Below are positions 26,162 through 36,405 of a DNA stretch of 64,000 nt, piece after piece. The position numbers and the translations under genes are program-made. The DNA lies in assembly GCA_043810775.1 (NCBI GenBank), contig JBDRNU010000025.1, forward strand, positions 1 to 64,000, written 5' to 3'. Numbering within the stretch: the stretch's first letter is position 1; every line of letters starts with the position of its first letter. The stretch is from an archaeon (lineage in GTDB: Archaea; Nanobdellota; Nanobdellia; Pacearchaeales; GW2011-AR1). The notes under the pieces are model-generated. The model was given only the letters and a program-made list of their open reading frames with translations, did no database searches and was not told where the DNA came from.

Positions 26162-28609
26162 AGCTTTAAAGCCGTCTAGTTTAGTCTGCTTTCTGCCGTC
26201 AATTATTTCTTTTATGTTTATATTAAATACATCCAAAATATTTTCAACTGCAGGCAGAATCTGGTTTTCCAGGTAGTACTGAATATTATACTCTCCTTTT
26301 TCATCTGGAAGCTTGACTTTATCACGGACCAGCTTTTTCTTTTCACGTGTTTCAGCTATAAAGTATTCTATTAAGCTACCTGGTGAAATTGGCAAGTTTC
26401 TAGCATGCATTTTCCTTGCAGCAATTACATGAGGTGAAATAGATTTGTATTCTGAAATGGGCTTTCTTAGCTGAGTTCTTATTAGAATTTTTTTCCTGTC
26501 AATTTCACGAGACTTGACTTTGGCAATTATTTCCTTTACGTATTCAAGAGAGGATATTTCATTTCCTTCTTTGAGAATTTTTTCTAATACTGTATTTTGC
26601 ATTTCCCGAGCTAGCATGCACCAGTCTCTTCTCACTGTTTCAAATCCGCGGACTTTTAACTTGTTTTGAGAGTCAATTAGGGCGTATTTTTTCTTTGCTC
26701 CAAAATCGCCAGTTCGTTTGGTTACCCATATTCCTCTTTTGAAAAAGCCTTCAAGCTCAAGTTCCATTACTCCAGGAAGTTCTGAATTAAGTTTTTTTAA
26801 AAACTCCAGAGTTTCCTTTTCAGTTTTTTCATTAAGAGAAAAGGCAATACTGTCTGTGTCTCCGTAGATAACTTGATAGCCCGCGTTTTTTGTTTTTTCT
26901 ATGATTTCCTTGTTAAATTTTCTTACAAAAGCAAGTATTGAAGCTGAAGATTCTAGTGAGTAGTAGCGAGCCCCAAAAAATCCAATATATCCGTGGGCTG
27001 ATGCTGATAATAGTTTAAAGGCATTGCTTCTTGCCTTGGTAATTGGGTCTGGATTGGCTTTGTATTCTTGCTTGTATTTTTTTCTTTTTTCAAGTATTTC
27101 GTTGAAAAGTGAAGGCAAAAATCCTTGCTTTTTTGAAAAGTAGAATTTTGTTTTTTTCTTGTTAAATTCAACTTCAGGAGATTCATAGCAATCTTTTTCT
27201 TTTTTTCCAAGCAAGGTTGATTTGGAAATATTCATTGAGATAATTATTGAGGTGTGCATTGAGGTAAAGTCAAATACAGCTAAATTTTCATATAGTCCTG
27301 GAGTTGGCTGCATGACAAAGGCTCCTTCAACTGGCTTTCTTGCACGTCTTTCTTCAATTTCCTCGTGAATAGGAGAGCGCTCTATAATTTCATTGTATTT
27401 TTCTGTATTGTGAATTATAAAATCCTCTAAGTGCTGAGGGAGGGTGTTTCTTGAAACTTTATGCAGTGGTTCCTGCACTAGTTTTGTAAATTCCTGCATG
27501 TCAGGCCAGAGTTTTCTAGTAAGTTTGTAAGCTAGAATAGAATCTTGCAGGTTGTATTCAAAAAATTCGTTCCAGTCCTTATCTTTCATTTTTTTATTTA
27601 GGTCGAGATGGCTTATATCAATTTTTTTCTCTCCAAGCAACTCGGAAGATACTTCATTCAGGGAGAGAGTTTCTGATTTTAGGTATTGAGCGTAAACTGG
27701 CTGGATAAACCTGAGCAAGTCAATATGGACTATTCCTTTTGTTTTTGCTGTTCTTAGTCTGCCTCCTGAAAAGCGTGGCTGGGAATTATCTAGATTTAGA
27801 GGAAGACTTAGCTTATAGTGTGAAGCTCGCCCTTTTATGTAAGGCATATCAAATCCGTCTGAATAGTAGCCTACAATTATGTCTGGCTCTTGTTTTTTTA
27901 TGATTTCAACAAATTTTTTAAGCATTTCACGCTCATCTTTACAATATTCAACATAGGAAGGCATTGAGGTGGTTTTTTTCCAGGTAATTACTTTCTTGAA
28001 GCTTTCTGATACTAGGGAAATCATTAGGATTTCGCCTTTGCCTGTTTCAAATTCTGCAGCTTCAATGTCAAAAGCCAGAATCTTGGGCAAGAACTCTAGG
28101 TCAGGAATTTTTTCGCATTTTTCAAGTTCAATACAGAAATCAACTTGCAGGTTTGAGTCAATTCCCTGGAATTTTTCATCATTATTCATTAGTCTTCCTG
28201 ATATTTTATACCATTTTAGTGGAAGAATTTTTGACTCAATAATATAGCGTGTTATTATGCTTATGTCAATTTCTTTTCTATTTGAACTTGGGTCTGCAAT
28301 TTTTGTGAATTCTGAAATTTCTTTTATATGTTTGTAGGATTTTACTATGATTTTAAGTGCTTTTACTGGAGAGTCAAGGTAGTTTTTATTTAGTATCTCG
28401 AGTTTCTTGATATAAGAAGAGATTTCTTTATTTGATTCCAGTTTCTTGCGAAGCTTTTCTAGATTAGGGGAAAGAACATAAAAGTAGTTATCACAGTTGT
28501 CTATTATGCATACTCTCTTACCAGAGCTTGAACGTCCATAAATTTTAACATAGTTTTTATCTTCAAGCTCGAAGTAATCGTAATCTAGAGGAATGAAGCT
28601 GATTTCCAT
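26144..28609 (-). CDS. polB: Family B DNA polymerase
   Basis: FDIE exo I, FD exo II, YNLQD exo III, DFTSM, YGDTDS, KKKYAL, RGFE.VRRDW, YY.ENQILP, C-terminal QTKLDGF PIP. Confidence 0.95.
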   Translation of the reverse strand: MEISFIPLDYDYFELEDKNYVKIYGRSSSGKRVCIIDNCDNYFYVLSPNLEKLRKKLESNKEISSYIKKLEILNKNYLDSPVKALKIIVKSYKHIKEISEFTKIADPSSNRKEIDISIITRYIIESKILPLKWYKISGRLMNNDEKFQGIDSNLQVDFCIELEKCEKIPDLEFLPKILAFDIEAAEFETGKGEILMISLVSESFKKVITWKKTTSMPSYVEYCKDEREMLKKFVEIIKKQEPDIIVGYYSDGFDMPYIKGRASHYKLSLPLNLDNSQPRFSGGRLRTAKTKGIVHIDLLRFIQPVYAQYLKSETLSLNEVSSELLGEKKIDISHLDLNKKMKDKDWNEFFEYNLQDSILAYKLTRKLWPDMQEFTKLVQEPLHKVSRNTLPQHLEDFIIHNTEKYNEIIERSPIHEEIEERRARKPVEGAFVMQPTPGLYENLAVFDFTSMHTSIIISMNISKSTLLGKKEKDCYESPEVEFNKKKTKFYFSKKQGFLPSLFNEILEKRKKYKQEYKANPDPITKARSNAFKLLSASAHGYIGFFGARYYSLESSASILAFVRKFNKEIIEKTKNAGYQVIYGDTDSIAFSLNEKTEKETLEFLKKLNSELPGVMELELEGFFKRGIWVTKRTGDFGAKKKYALIDSQNKLKVRGFETVRRDWCMLAREMQNTVLEKILKEGNEISSLEYVKEIIAKVKSREIDRKKILIRTQLRKPISEYKSISPHVIAARKMHARNLPISPGSLIEYFIAETREKKKLVRDKVKLPDEKGEYNIQYYLENQILPAVENILDVFNINIKEIIDGRKQTKLDGFKASELRS

Positions 28610-28640
28610 TAATGAGTAAATTGAGTTTAACTATATAAAA

Positions 28641-29111
28641 TTATACTATATATTTATCCCTAATACTGGGATGAGCTCTCCTATATGCTATTATAATTTT
28701 AGCTTTATCAAGTCTTGGAATCTGATCGTCAATTGGAGAGTCCATTATACAGCTAGTAAAGAACCACATTTGCTCACTATTTACACCTTGTTTTTCAAGC
28801 ATACTCATAGCAGCTTCTAAAGTTTTTCCTGTTTCCATAGTGTCATCTATGATTAAATGAGGTTTATCAGGAGCGGTTACTTTTGGAATTTTTTCTTGCC
28901 TTGGTTTTTTTGCATTTCCAATGTTTCCTGGAGGAATATAGTAAAGTGTCCTTTCTTCAGGCAATTTTAAGCTGCAGACTCCTTTTATATATCTCATTAC
29001 TGGTGGAAGTTTACCTCTTGTAGGAGATTCAATAATTACTTGATAAATATTTTCTATAGGGTGCAAATTAAGAAGTTCTTGCAGTCCTTCTAATGCTTTT
29101 TTTGGTTCCAT
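28641..29111 (-). CDS. Type I phosphoribosyltransferase-like protein
   Basis: PRPP-binding loop LIIDDTMETGKTL. Confidence 0.7.
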   Translation of the reverse strand: MEPKKALEGLQELLNLHPIENIYQVIIESPTRGKLPPVMRYIKGVCSLKLPEERTLYYIPPGNIGNAKKPRQEKIPKVTAPDKPHLIIDDTMETGKTLEAAMSMLEKQGVNSEQMWFFTSCIMDSPIDDQIPRLDKAKIIIAYRRAHPSIRDKYIV

Positions 29112-29231
29112 ATTATTCTGTTATCTACAGGATTTATAAATATTTCTATTTAATGTTACTTAGTAGTAGTTACAAATAGAAAGGTTTTTAAACTAGAAAT
29201 GTGTGTATTTTTTAGCAGTTTAGAGGTTAAA

Positions 29232-29771
29232 ATGGAAGAGAAAAAGTTTAAGATTAGACCTGAAGATAAGAATACTTATAAGTCTCACCTTAGATCAGGA
29301 GAATATACAAAAGAAGAGCTTGAAGTATCTGCAAAGTTTTATTCATTTATAGAAGAAACTTTTCCTGAAGAGGACTGTTATGAAAAAAATGCCAAAGAAT
29401 TTTTATTAAACGGCATTGCGAATATGGTTATTTTTGATGAAGATGGATTAGTTGAAAAAATAAAAGAACATAAAGAGAGAATTCCAGATTATGATGATTT
29501 TATTTTTTATGTTTATGAATCACTCAACAGGCTGACTCCTGAAGAGGTTGAAGAGGTAAGGGCTAGTGAACCTCTTCCTGAAAATCTTCCTGAATATGGA
29601 ATTAGCGGGAGGGAGTATAATGAGTTTAGAAGAATTTGCAGTCTGCCAAATGCAGGAGCTGTTCTTGCTTATAAGTTTTTTGAGAATTGCAGAGAAAAAA
29701 CTGAAAAAGAATTTGGAGAGGTTGTGAAAGCTTATCAAGATAAAACTATGGGAAATGCTGAGAGAAGATAA
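29232..29771 (+). CDS. Hypothetical acidic protein
   Basis: Long ORF, GAGGT before ATG; no recognised motif. Confidence 0.6.
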   Translation: MEEKKFKIRPEDKNTYKSHLRSGEYTKEELEVSAKFYSFIEETFPEEDCYEKNAKEFLLNGIANMVIFDEDGLVEKIKEHKERIPDYDDFIFYVYESLNRLTPEEVEEVRASEPLPENLPEYGISGREYNEFRRICSLPNAGAVLAYKFFENCREKTEKEFGEVVKAYQDKTMGNAERR

Positions 29772-29772
29772 A

Positions 29773-30267
29773 ATGGATTTAAGAAATGATTATGATGAGA
29801 CTGCAGAATTAAGAAAAGAGGCTTTATTTAGCGGAGACTCTTTAAGATATTATATTTTATGCACTCAGGGAGGTGTTCAGCCTGAGGATCCTACTTTATT
29901 TGGAATTGGCCAGAGAGAGTTTAGTGAGCAGGGATGCTCTGAGCTTGAATTAATGAGTGACAAAGATATAAATTTACTAAGAGATTATTGGAGCAAGATT
30001 TCTGAAGTAGCTCTTCCAAGGTTTCCTGAAACCCAGAGAGGAGAGAGAGTAGGAGTTAGTGAGATAAAACAAAGGCTTGGAGCTATTGAAAAAGCAGGAC
30101 TTAATGTTAAACCATATAAGGATATGAACAGAGCTCAGCTTTGGGATTATTATACCAGCTTGAGAAGAGAAATTGCTCAAACTGCAAGTGTTTACTGCCC
30201 TAAAAAGGTAAGGGAAATTAATTCAAGAAACTTGAGACAAAAAAGAGAAACTGAGAGATGCAGATAA
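29773..30267 (+). CDS. Hypothetical protein
   Basis: ORF coupled to previous gene; no recognised motif. Confidence 0.6.
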   Translation: MDLRNDYDETAELRKEALFSGDSLRYYILCTQGGVQPEDPTLFGIGQREFSEQGCSELELMSDKDINLLRDYWSKISEVALPRFPETQRGERVGVSEIKQRLGAIEKAGLNVKPYKDMNRAQLWDYYTSLRREIAQTASVYCPKKVREINSRNLRQKRETERCR

Positions 30268-30364
30268 TTTTTTATATTCGTGAATTCTAGTATTTTAAGG
30301 GTTTGAATACAATGAAAATTAAAATTTTCAAGCATTTAAACCCACAGAGTGGAGGAGTTTTAAA

Positions 30365-31393
30365 ATGGGTTTAAATATTGCAGAGATAGTTCCGAGAAAG
30401 GCAATTCAGCTTTCTGACTTAAAAGGCAAGCTGATAGCTGTAGATGCAAGCAATATTATTTATCAGTTCTTGAGTACAATAAGACAGCCAGATGGGACTC
30501 CGCTGCAAGATTCTAAAGGAAATATAACCAGCCATTTATCTGGATTATTTTACAGGAATGTTTCTTTATTGCTAGAGGGAATGAGACTTGTTTATGTATT
30601 TGACGGAAAGATGCCTGATTTGAAATACGGCACTAATAAAAAAAGGCAGGATATTAAGGACAAGGCTGAAGTAAAATACAGGGAGGCTAGGGAGAAGGGG
30701 GAGTTTGAAACTGCCTGGAAGTATGCAAGGCAGACAGTAAGGCTAACTTCTGAAATTGCTGAAGAAAGCAAGCAGTTGCTAAAGGCAATGGGAATTGCAG
30801 TTATCCAGGCACCTAGTGAAGCTGAGGCACAGGCAGCTGAAGTTTCTAGAAATAGTGCTTATGCAGTTGGCTCGCAGGATTATGATTCGCTATTATTTGG
30901 AGCTCCGAGATTATTGCAGAATTTAACTCTTGCTAAGAAAAGAAAGACAGCGAGCGGATTTGTTTATATTAGCCCTGAAATTATTGAGCTTGAGAAGGTA
31001 TTAAATTCGCTTGAGATTAATTTAGACCAGCTAATCTGCCTTGGAATACTAGTTGGAACTGATTATAATCCTTCAGGAGTCAAGGGAATAGGGCCTAAGA
31101 AGGCTTTAGCTCTTGTAAGAAGCAAGAAGCAACCCGTTTTAATTTTTGATGAAGTTGCAGAGCAGATTAGAGCCCAGGATGAAGAGGGATATGGATTTGA
31201 CTGGCAGGAAATTTTCGGGATGTTTCATCAGCCAGAAGTTGTGAAAAATCCTGAAGTTGATTTTCCTAAAATCAACAAAGACAAGATAAAGAAAATTTTA
31301 ATGGATAGGGACTTTTCAGAAGAAAGAATCAATAACCAGCTTCTCAAATTAGATGAGGCTAAGGAGAGAGCTAAGCAGAGGACGCTGTTTTAG
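30365..31393 (+). CDS. fen: Flap endonuclease 1
   Basis: AVDA..YQFLSTIRQPDGTPL, VFDG, APSEAEAQ, SQDYDSLLFG, GTDYN..GIGPK, QRTLF PIP. Confidence 0.97.
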   Translation: MGLNIAEIVPRKAIQLSDLKGKLIAVDASNIIYQFLSTIRQPDGTPLQDSKGNITSHLSGLFYRNVSLLLEGMRLVYVFDGKMPDLKYGTNKKRQDIKDKAEVKYREAREKGEFETAWKYARQTVRLTSEIAEESKQLLKAMGIAVIQAPSEAEAQAAEVSRNSAYAVGSQDYDSLLFGAPRLLQNLTLAKKRKTASGFVYISPEIIELEKVLNSLEINLDQLICLGILVGTDYNPSGVKGIGPKKALALVRSKKQPVLIFDEVAEQIRAQDEEGYGFDWQEIFGMFHQPEVVKNPEVDFPKINKDKIKKILMDRDFSEERINNQLLKLDEAKERAKQRTLF

Positions 31394-32319
31394 CTATTTA
31401 ATAGGCATAAATTTTTCTCAAGATTTTCTACACCAAATTCTCCGTTATAGACCAGCTCACCAAACCTATGCATTCCGTTGAGAAGTGAAAATGCATGAAC
31501 AGTATGAATTAAATTTATTTTCTGATTTTCTGCCAAAGATTTTGAAAAATAAGGCAGAAAGTATAGCATTACTATTAGTTTTGAAGGATAGTTTGAGAAA
31601 ATCTGATTTTTTTCAACAGATGCTTTTAGATATTGAATGAACTGCTTTTTTGTTTTTTGAGGAATCTCTATATTTTCAAACTTAAATTTAAAATCTTGAG
31701 TTGGCAGTTTTAGTTTTATACTTTTATTTAGGAACTTGTTTAAATAAGGAAAGAGACTTTTTGACCTGAAAACCAGGATTGGGTCTTCTATTTTTCTTTT
31801 AAGTTTTTTTGGTAAATTAATATTATAATTTTTTATTTTGATCTTATCTAAGATTATATCTTGTTCTTGATTAAGAATATTCAGAAGCAAATTGCAGTAA
31901 GATTCGAGCAAGGTTTTTCTTGAATCTATTTTGCCTATTAAATCAATAAAAATAGGAGTTGAGATTGATTTTTTATCTATCTGAAAAAATATATCAATTT
32001 TTTTTGGTTTTGGATTAGCTAGTTTTTTGCTTGAAATCTGGGGGATGCCACAGACTAGTTCATTGTGGGGAAAACTCTGACAAACTTGTGGCTTGGATTT
32101 ATATCCATGAGTATTGTGGATTGTGCAGGAGTTATCTGGCTCTAGAAATACACATCTTCCTTTTTTCTGCTTTAATCTAGCTACACTATTTTTAACTTCT
32201 ACAAAATCATTTAAGCTATATCCTAGATTATTTACTTTTTTTATATCTTTAATATTTAGGGATATTCCCCATTTTTGACAGCATCTGCCGCATAAATTGC
32301 ATTTTGAAATTATTTTCAT
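31390..32319 (-). CDS. YkgJ-family CxxCxxCC cysteine-cluster protein
   Basis: CNLCGRCC, CVFL...CTIH...KPQVCQSFP. Confidence 0.8.
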   Translation of the reverse strand: MKIISKCNLCGRCCQKWGISLNIKDIKKVNNLGYSLNDFVEVKNSVARLKQKKGRCVFLEPDNSCTIHNTHGYKSKPQVCQSFPHNELVCGIPQISSKKLANPKPKKIDIFFQIDKKSISTPIFIDLIGKIDSRKTLLESYCNLLLNILNQEQDIILDKIKIKNYNINLPKKLKRKIEDPILVFRSKSLFPYLNKFLNKSIKLKLPTQDFKFKFENIEIPQKTKKQFIQYLKASVEKNQIFSNYPSKLIVMLYFLPYFSKSLAENQKINLIHTVHAFSLLNGMHRFGELVYNGEFGVENLEKNLCLLNS

Positions 32320-32327
32320 ATTATTCT

Positions 32328-33002
32328 CTAGGATTTTGATATAGCTTTAGTCAGCGCTTTTCCAGACTTGGCTCCCAGCTCTATGTCTGCTTTGTGCATA
32401 GCTTCTTTCATTTTTTCCCGGTTTTCTTTTATCTGGTCGCCAAATACTTTCATAAATTGGTATAAGAAAATAAAAGCAGCAGCTATTATAATGAACGAAA
32501 TTAGACTATACCACCAAGGCTTGTCTCCTAGGGCTATCCATATTAGAAATTTAGCAAATGTTTCAATTATTTTAAGTTGAGAGGCTATAATTAGCATTAA
32601 AGCTGTTATCCCATATGAAATTGCTGAAGAAAAACTTGAGTAATTTTTGAATATTCCTCCAAGCATAAAGAAAAAGTAAAGCCATATTATTATAATTAGT
32701 AGCAAGGTAAATGACAGTGAATATTCTTGCCCAAATGGAATCTTGAAGAAAATAAAACTAACTGCTTTTTGAGAAAAAAAACTGTTTATCCCAGCAATAT
32801 ACTTATTTTCTAACATTGCTTTCTGTAATTCCTGCCCCAGATAGTCTAGGCTTACTTTACCTTCATATTTTACTGTTCCGAGGACATTGCCAGGGTCCTG
32901 ATTTAGGACTGGGGGCAGGCCTGGAGGGGAGTCTTGAGCCAGGACTAGAGGAAGCAACAATAAAATCAAAATTAAAATAATATTATTTTTTAGCATTTTC
33001 AA
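32328..33002 (-). CDS. Multi-pass membrane protein with signal peptide
   Basis: Signal peptide ending VLA-Q, about 4 hydrophobic helices, charged C-terminal helix. Confidence 0.7.
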   Translation of the reverse strand: MKMLKNNIILILILLLLPLVLAQDSPPGLPPVLNQDPGNVLGTVKYEGKVSLDYLGQELQKAMLENKYIAGINSFFSQKAVSFIFFKIPFGQEYSLSFTLLLIIIIWLYFFFMLGGIFKNYSSFSSAISYGITALMLIIASQLKIIETFAKFLIWIALGDKPWWYSLISFIIIAAAFIFLYQFMKVFGDQIKENREKMKEAMHKADIELGAKSGKALTKAISKS

Positions 33003-33411
33003 CCAGCTTTTTAAGTTTAGGAAGCAAAGAAACCATAAAATGCAAGGTTTTTTTCGCGTCTTCTATGCTGACTTCTTTTCCATAGTATTTAATTCCATTT
33101 CTTATTTTTCTTAGATTGTCCAGAAAGATAATCTCTCCTTCACTAAATTCTTTGAATTTCCTAAGAAATAATATATTAGCTTCGTGTGAGTATGATTTGT
33201 ATCCAGAAAGTGAGAGCTTAGCTTCAATTAGCTCTCTAATAATATCATAAATATCTGCTGTTATATGCTCTGCAGATTCTTCATTTATTTGTTGTTTTTT
33301 AATATAACCTTCACTTTTTTTACTTGATTTTATTAGGGCTTTTGCTAGAATTTCATTTTTTTCCTGCTTTCTTACATCACCAGTTTTTATAAAATCTTCA
33401 AACTCCTTCAT
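32983..33411 (-). CDS. HEPN-domain protein (toxin)
   Basis: GYKSYSHEA, LRKIRNGIKYYG (Rx4-6H/Y-type motif); coupled to MNT. Confidence 0.8.
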   Translation of the reverse strand: MKEFEDFIKTGDVRKQEKNEILAKALIKSSKKSEGYIKKQQINEESAEHITADIYDIIRELIEAKLSLSGYKSYSHEANILFLRKFKEFSEGEIIFLDNLRKIRNGIKYYGKEVSIEDAKKTLHFMVSLLPKLKKLVENAKK

Positions 33412-33926
33412 TTTATACTAATATATCCTGATAAGATTATACCATTTATAATGCTTTCTTTTAGTTCTTTAGTAAGCTTATCAAAACTAATAAATTCTAT
33501 ATTTACTCTTCTATTTAGTTTTTTTTCATAATTTTCTAAGTCTAATTTTTTTTCTTTCGACTCTATTGCTATGTCAATGTCTGATTTTTCTATGTCTTCT
33601 CCCCGAGAATAAGAGCCAAATAAAGTAATATTACTTAGTGGGAAATTATCATGGAGATAATTAAATAATCCAGAGGTGTGTATTGCTCCTAAGTTAGCTA
33701 TTCTTTTAATATTCTTGAATGCTTGATTAGATAGGTTTGCTTGAACTGTGTGAATAAACTTTTTTTCTACAGTGACAAGATTTTCATTTTCCAAATGTTT
33801 TAGTGCTTTTGATACTGCTGGCGGAGAGATTTTTAAAATTCTAGAAATTTCCCTAATATGGAAATTTCTGGTTGGAAAACTAAAAAACAATTCAAGAATT
33901 TTATCTTTCGTATCTGTATTTTTCAT
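33408..33926 (-). CDS. HTH plus minimal nucleotidyltransferase (MNT antitoxin)
   Basis: HIREISRILKISPPAVSKAL HTH; LFGSYSRGED.EKSDIDIAI. Confidence 0.88.
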   Translation of the reverse strand: MKNTDTKDKILELFFSFPTRNFHIREISRILKISPPAVSKALKHLENENLVTVEKKFIHTVQANLSNQAFKNIKRIANLGAIHTSGLFNYLHDNFPLSNITLFGSYSRGEDIEKSDIDIAIESKEKKLDLENYEKKLNRRVNIEFISFDKLTKELKESIINGIILSGYISIK

Positions 33927-33947
33927 TTAACTAGTTTGTTGTTAATA

Positions 33948-33969
33948 TAAAATTACAATTGTAATTTTA
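33948..33969. promoter_or_regulatory. Perfect 22-bp palindrome upstream of HTH-MNT (likely autoregulatory operator)
   Basis: TAAAATTACAATTGTAATTTTA. Confidence 0.5.
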
Positions 33970-34060
33970 AATTTATATTTGTTAATTTAAGTAAACAATA
34001 GTTTTTAAACCTTTTGCTTGCTACTAAATAAAAAAAGAACTAAATTAAAAAAATAAAAAA

Positions 34061-34624
34061 TTAAATTTTCTCTAAAGCTTTTCCTGCTGCACCTAGACCT
34101 TTTATTGTTCCTGCTAGCTTTGTTCCTCCAGCATCTGCTTTAGATGCATGTTCCATAGCTCTTCTTCTCATTAGCCATGGCCCCAAACGAGTTATCCCAA
34201 GATTAACTGCAACGAAAGCAACTAGTGCTGCTCCAAGTGCAAGCCAGACTGCGAACGCTCCTGCAAAAGCCATTACTCCAGTTACCCAAGCTATCATTAC
34301 TACTGAAAACCCTACATTAGCAGCGATTATTCCGACTAATACTGCAACTACCCAGGATACCCATTTTGAAAAAGTAGTGAATGTTGCAAAGATATCCCCG
34401 AATGTCAACACTATCATTCCCCATACAGCAACTGTAACTATTGCTGCGCTAATGGCATTATCAGATATGTCTGCTGGTATTTTACCGAAAATATATTTCA
34501 GAGCATTGAGCCAAGAACCTGCTCCAAGTGAGCTCCATTCAACAGTTGACCCAATTGCCATAACTGCTACAGGCATTACTAGTAAAGCTAAAATACTGAA
34601 CACATAAACTTTTTTCCAGCTCAT
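34061..34624 (-). CDS. Multi-pass membrane protein with signal peptide
   Basis: GGAGGT SD, signal peptide, 3-4 TMs, basic C-terminal tail. Confidence 0.75.
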   Translation of the reverse strand: MSWKKVYVFSILALLVMPVAVMAIGSTVEWSSLGAGSWLNALKYIFGKIPADISDNAISAAIVTVAVWGMIVLTFGDIFATFTTFSKWVSWVVAVLVGIIAANVGFSVVMIAWVTGVMAFAGAFAVWLALGAALVAFVAVNLGITRLGPWLMRRRAMEHASKADAGGTKLAGTIKGLGAAGKALEKI

Positions 34625-34782
34625 ATTTTGAACCTCCTTTTAATATTAATTAGTTATCGATAGAGTTATTTATAAATGTTTTTGTTTTTTATTCATCAAT
34701 TTTAGGTGATGAAGATTGCGAGTTAGAAATATTTATAAAGGTTCCTTCTTTTAATAAAGAAGCAAAACACGATTAAAATAAA

Positions 34783-35604
34783 ATGAATAAAAAGAGGCTT
34801 GCAGTATTCGCATTATTTTTAGTTAGCTTAATTTTAGTTGCAAGTTTTGTTCTTGCTGCTCCATCTAGTGTAAATACCAATGCTATTCCTGAAAAAATTG
34901 GAAAGGTAATTACTGATGTAGTTGCAGGAGCCAATCCTATTCTCACTCCATTATTGGGAGAGTCTCCTGGGGGAGAGCATTTATTTGGGAAGCTTTTGCT
35001 TGGATTAATTTTATTTTCTATAATCTGGATTGTGCTGTCTCAGGTTGATTTTTTCCAAGGAACTACCTGGGCGATTGTTATTGTAAGTGTTGCTGTTACA
35101 ATTTTAGGTGTAAGATGGTTAACTACTCCTGCTTTAATTGACACCATTATTCTTCCGTATTCAGCTTTGGCAATTGCAGTTACAGCTGGACTGCCTTTTG
35201 TAATATTTTTCTTGCTGGTTAATGTTGGGTTTAAGGACCCTAGTGGAAGTTCTTACAAGACATTTAGAAGAATAGCTTGGATATTTTTTGCTGTAATTTT
35301 TGTTGGATTATGGTTTACTAGATATGATGACCTAACTGCACAGGGTTCGCTTGCTGGATGGATTTATCCAATTACTGTGTTGGCTGCAGTAGCTATGGCT
35401 GTTATTGATGGAACTATTCAGAGGTTTTTTAAGAAATTACATCTTGAAAAATTTGAAGCTGCTACTGAACAAGAGCTCAGGGATAAAATACTAAGAAAAA
35501 TTACTGAAGCTAATGATGATTATAGTTCTCATATTATCTCTATTGAAGAAAGAAACAGGAGAATTAATAAGCTTACAAGAGAGCTTGCTAAGATAGGCAG
35601 ATAA
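34783..35604 (+). CDS. Multi-pass membrane protein (paralog of 35647-36405)
   Basis: Signal peptide; IILPYSAL..A.T..LP, RRIAWIFF, WIY, DGT; coiled-coil C-terminus. Confidence 0.78.
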   Translation: MNKKRLAVFALFLVSLILVASFVLAAPSSVNTNAIPEKIGKVITDVVAGANPILTPLLGESPGGEHLFGKLLLGLILFSIIWIVLSQVDFFQGTTWAIVIVSVAVTILGVRWLTTPALIDTIILPYSALAIAVTAGLPFVIFFLLVNVGFKDPSGSSYKTFRRIAWIFFAVIFVGLWFTRYDDLTAQGSLAGWIYPITVLAAVAMAVIDGTIQRFFKKLHLEKFEAATEQELRDKILRKITEANDDYSSHIISIEERNRRINKLTRELAKIGR

Positions 35605-35646
35605 ATAACTCAAAATATTTATAAACTTCTTATTTCTAATAAACTT

Positions 35647-36405
35647 ATGAAAAGAGGGTTAATTGCAGGAGTATTTTTTATAGTTTTATTAGCTAGTCTG
35701 GTTTCTGCCCAGCTTGGAATTAATTTAGCTGAAGGTTCTGCAAATTTTGCAAAAATTTTGCAAGATGCTTTTGGACCTGCTTTATCTATATTATTTGGAA
35801 GCGGAGAGTATATTTTCGAGAGATTTTTGCTTTTTTTAATTGTACTGGCTGTTGTATTTGTAGTGCTTGATAAGGTTCCCGCATTTCAGGAAAGAATGGG
35901 AGTTATATGGATAATTGCCTTTGCAGTAGCTATTCTTTCCACTAGATTTTTATCCAGTGTGCAGACTCTTTACGGAATAATTCTGCCTTATGGGGTTTTG
36001 GGGGTGGCTTTAACTTCACTTTTGCCAATGTTGATATTTTTCTACTTTGTTGAAAGTTTTACAAGCCCGACTGTCAGAAAGCTTGCATGGGTGCTTTTTG
36101 CAGTTGTATTTTTTGGATTGTGGATAGAGTTTTATCCTAAGCTTGGAAATATAGTCTGGATATATTTTGCTACCGGCATTCTAGCCTTGATATTATTTTT
36201 AGCTGATGGAACTGTCAGGAGAGCTTTGAGAAATCAGGAAATGGCTCAACTAGGAGATTGGAAGAGGATTGATTATGAGAGAAAAATAAGAAAAGATATG
36301 GATGAGTTAAATGATGACCTTATTAAAGGGAGAATAACTAAAGGAGATTATTATTCCATAAAGAGAAGACTAAAATCCAGATTGAAATCATTAAGAAAAC
36401 TTTGA
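35647..36405 (+). CDS. Multi-pass membrane protein (paralog of 34783-35604)
   Basis: IILPYGVL..ALTS.LP, RKLAWVLF, WIY, DGT; coiled-coil C-terminus. Confidence 0.78.
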   Translation: MKRGLIAGVFFIVLLASLVSAQLGINLAEGSANFAKILQDAFGPALSILFGSGEYIFERFLLFLIVLAVVFVVLDKVPAFQERMGVIWIIAFAVAILSTRFLSSVQTLYGIILPYGVLGVALTSLLPMLIFFYFVESFTSPTVRKLAWVLFAVVFFGLWIEFYPKLGNIVWIYFATGILALILFLADGTVRRALRNQEMAQLGDWKRIDYERKIRKDMDELNDDLIKGRITKGDYYSIKRRLKSRLKSLRKL

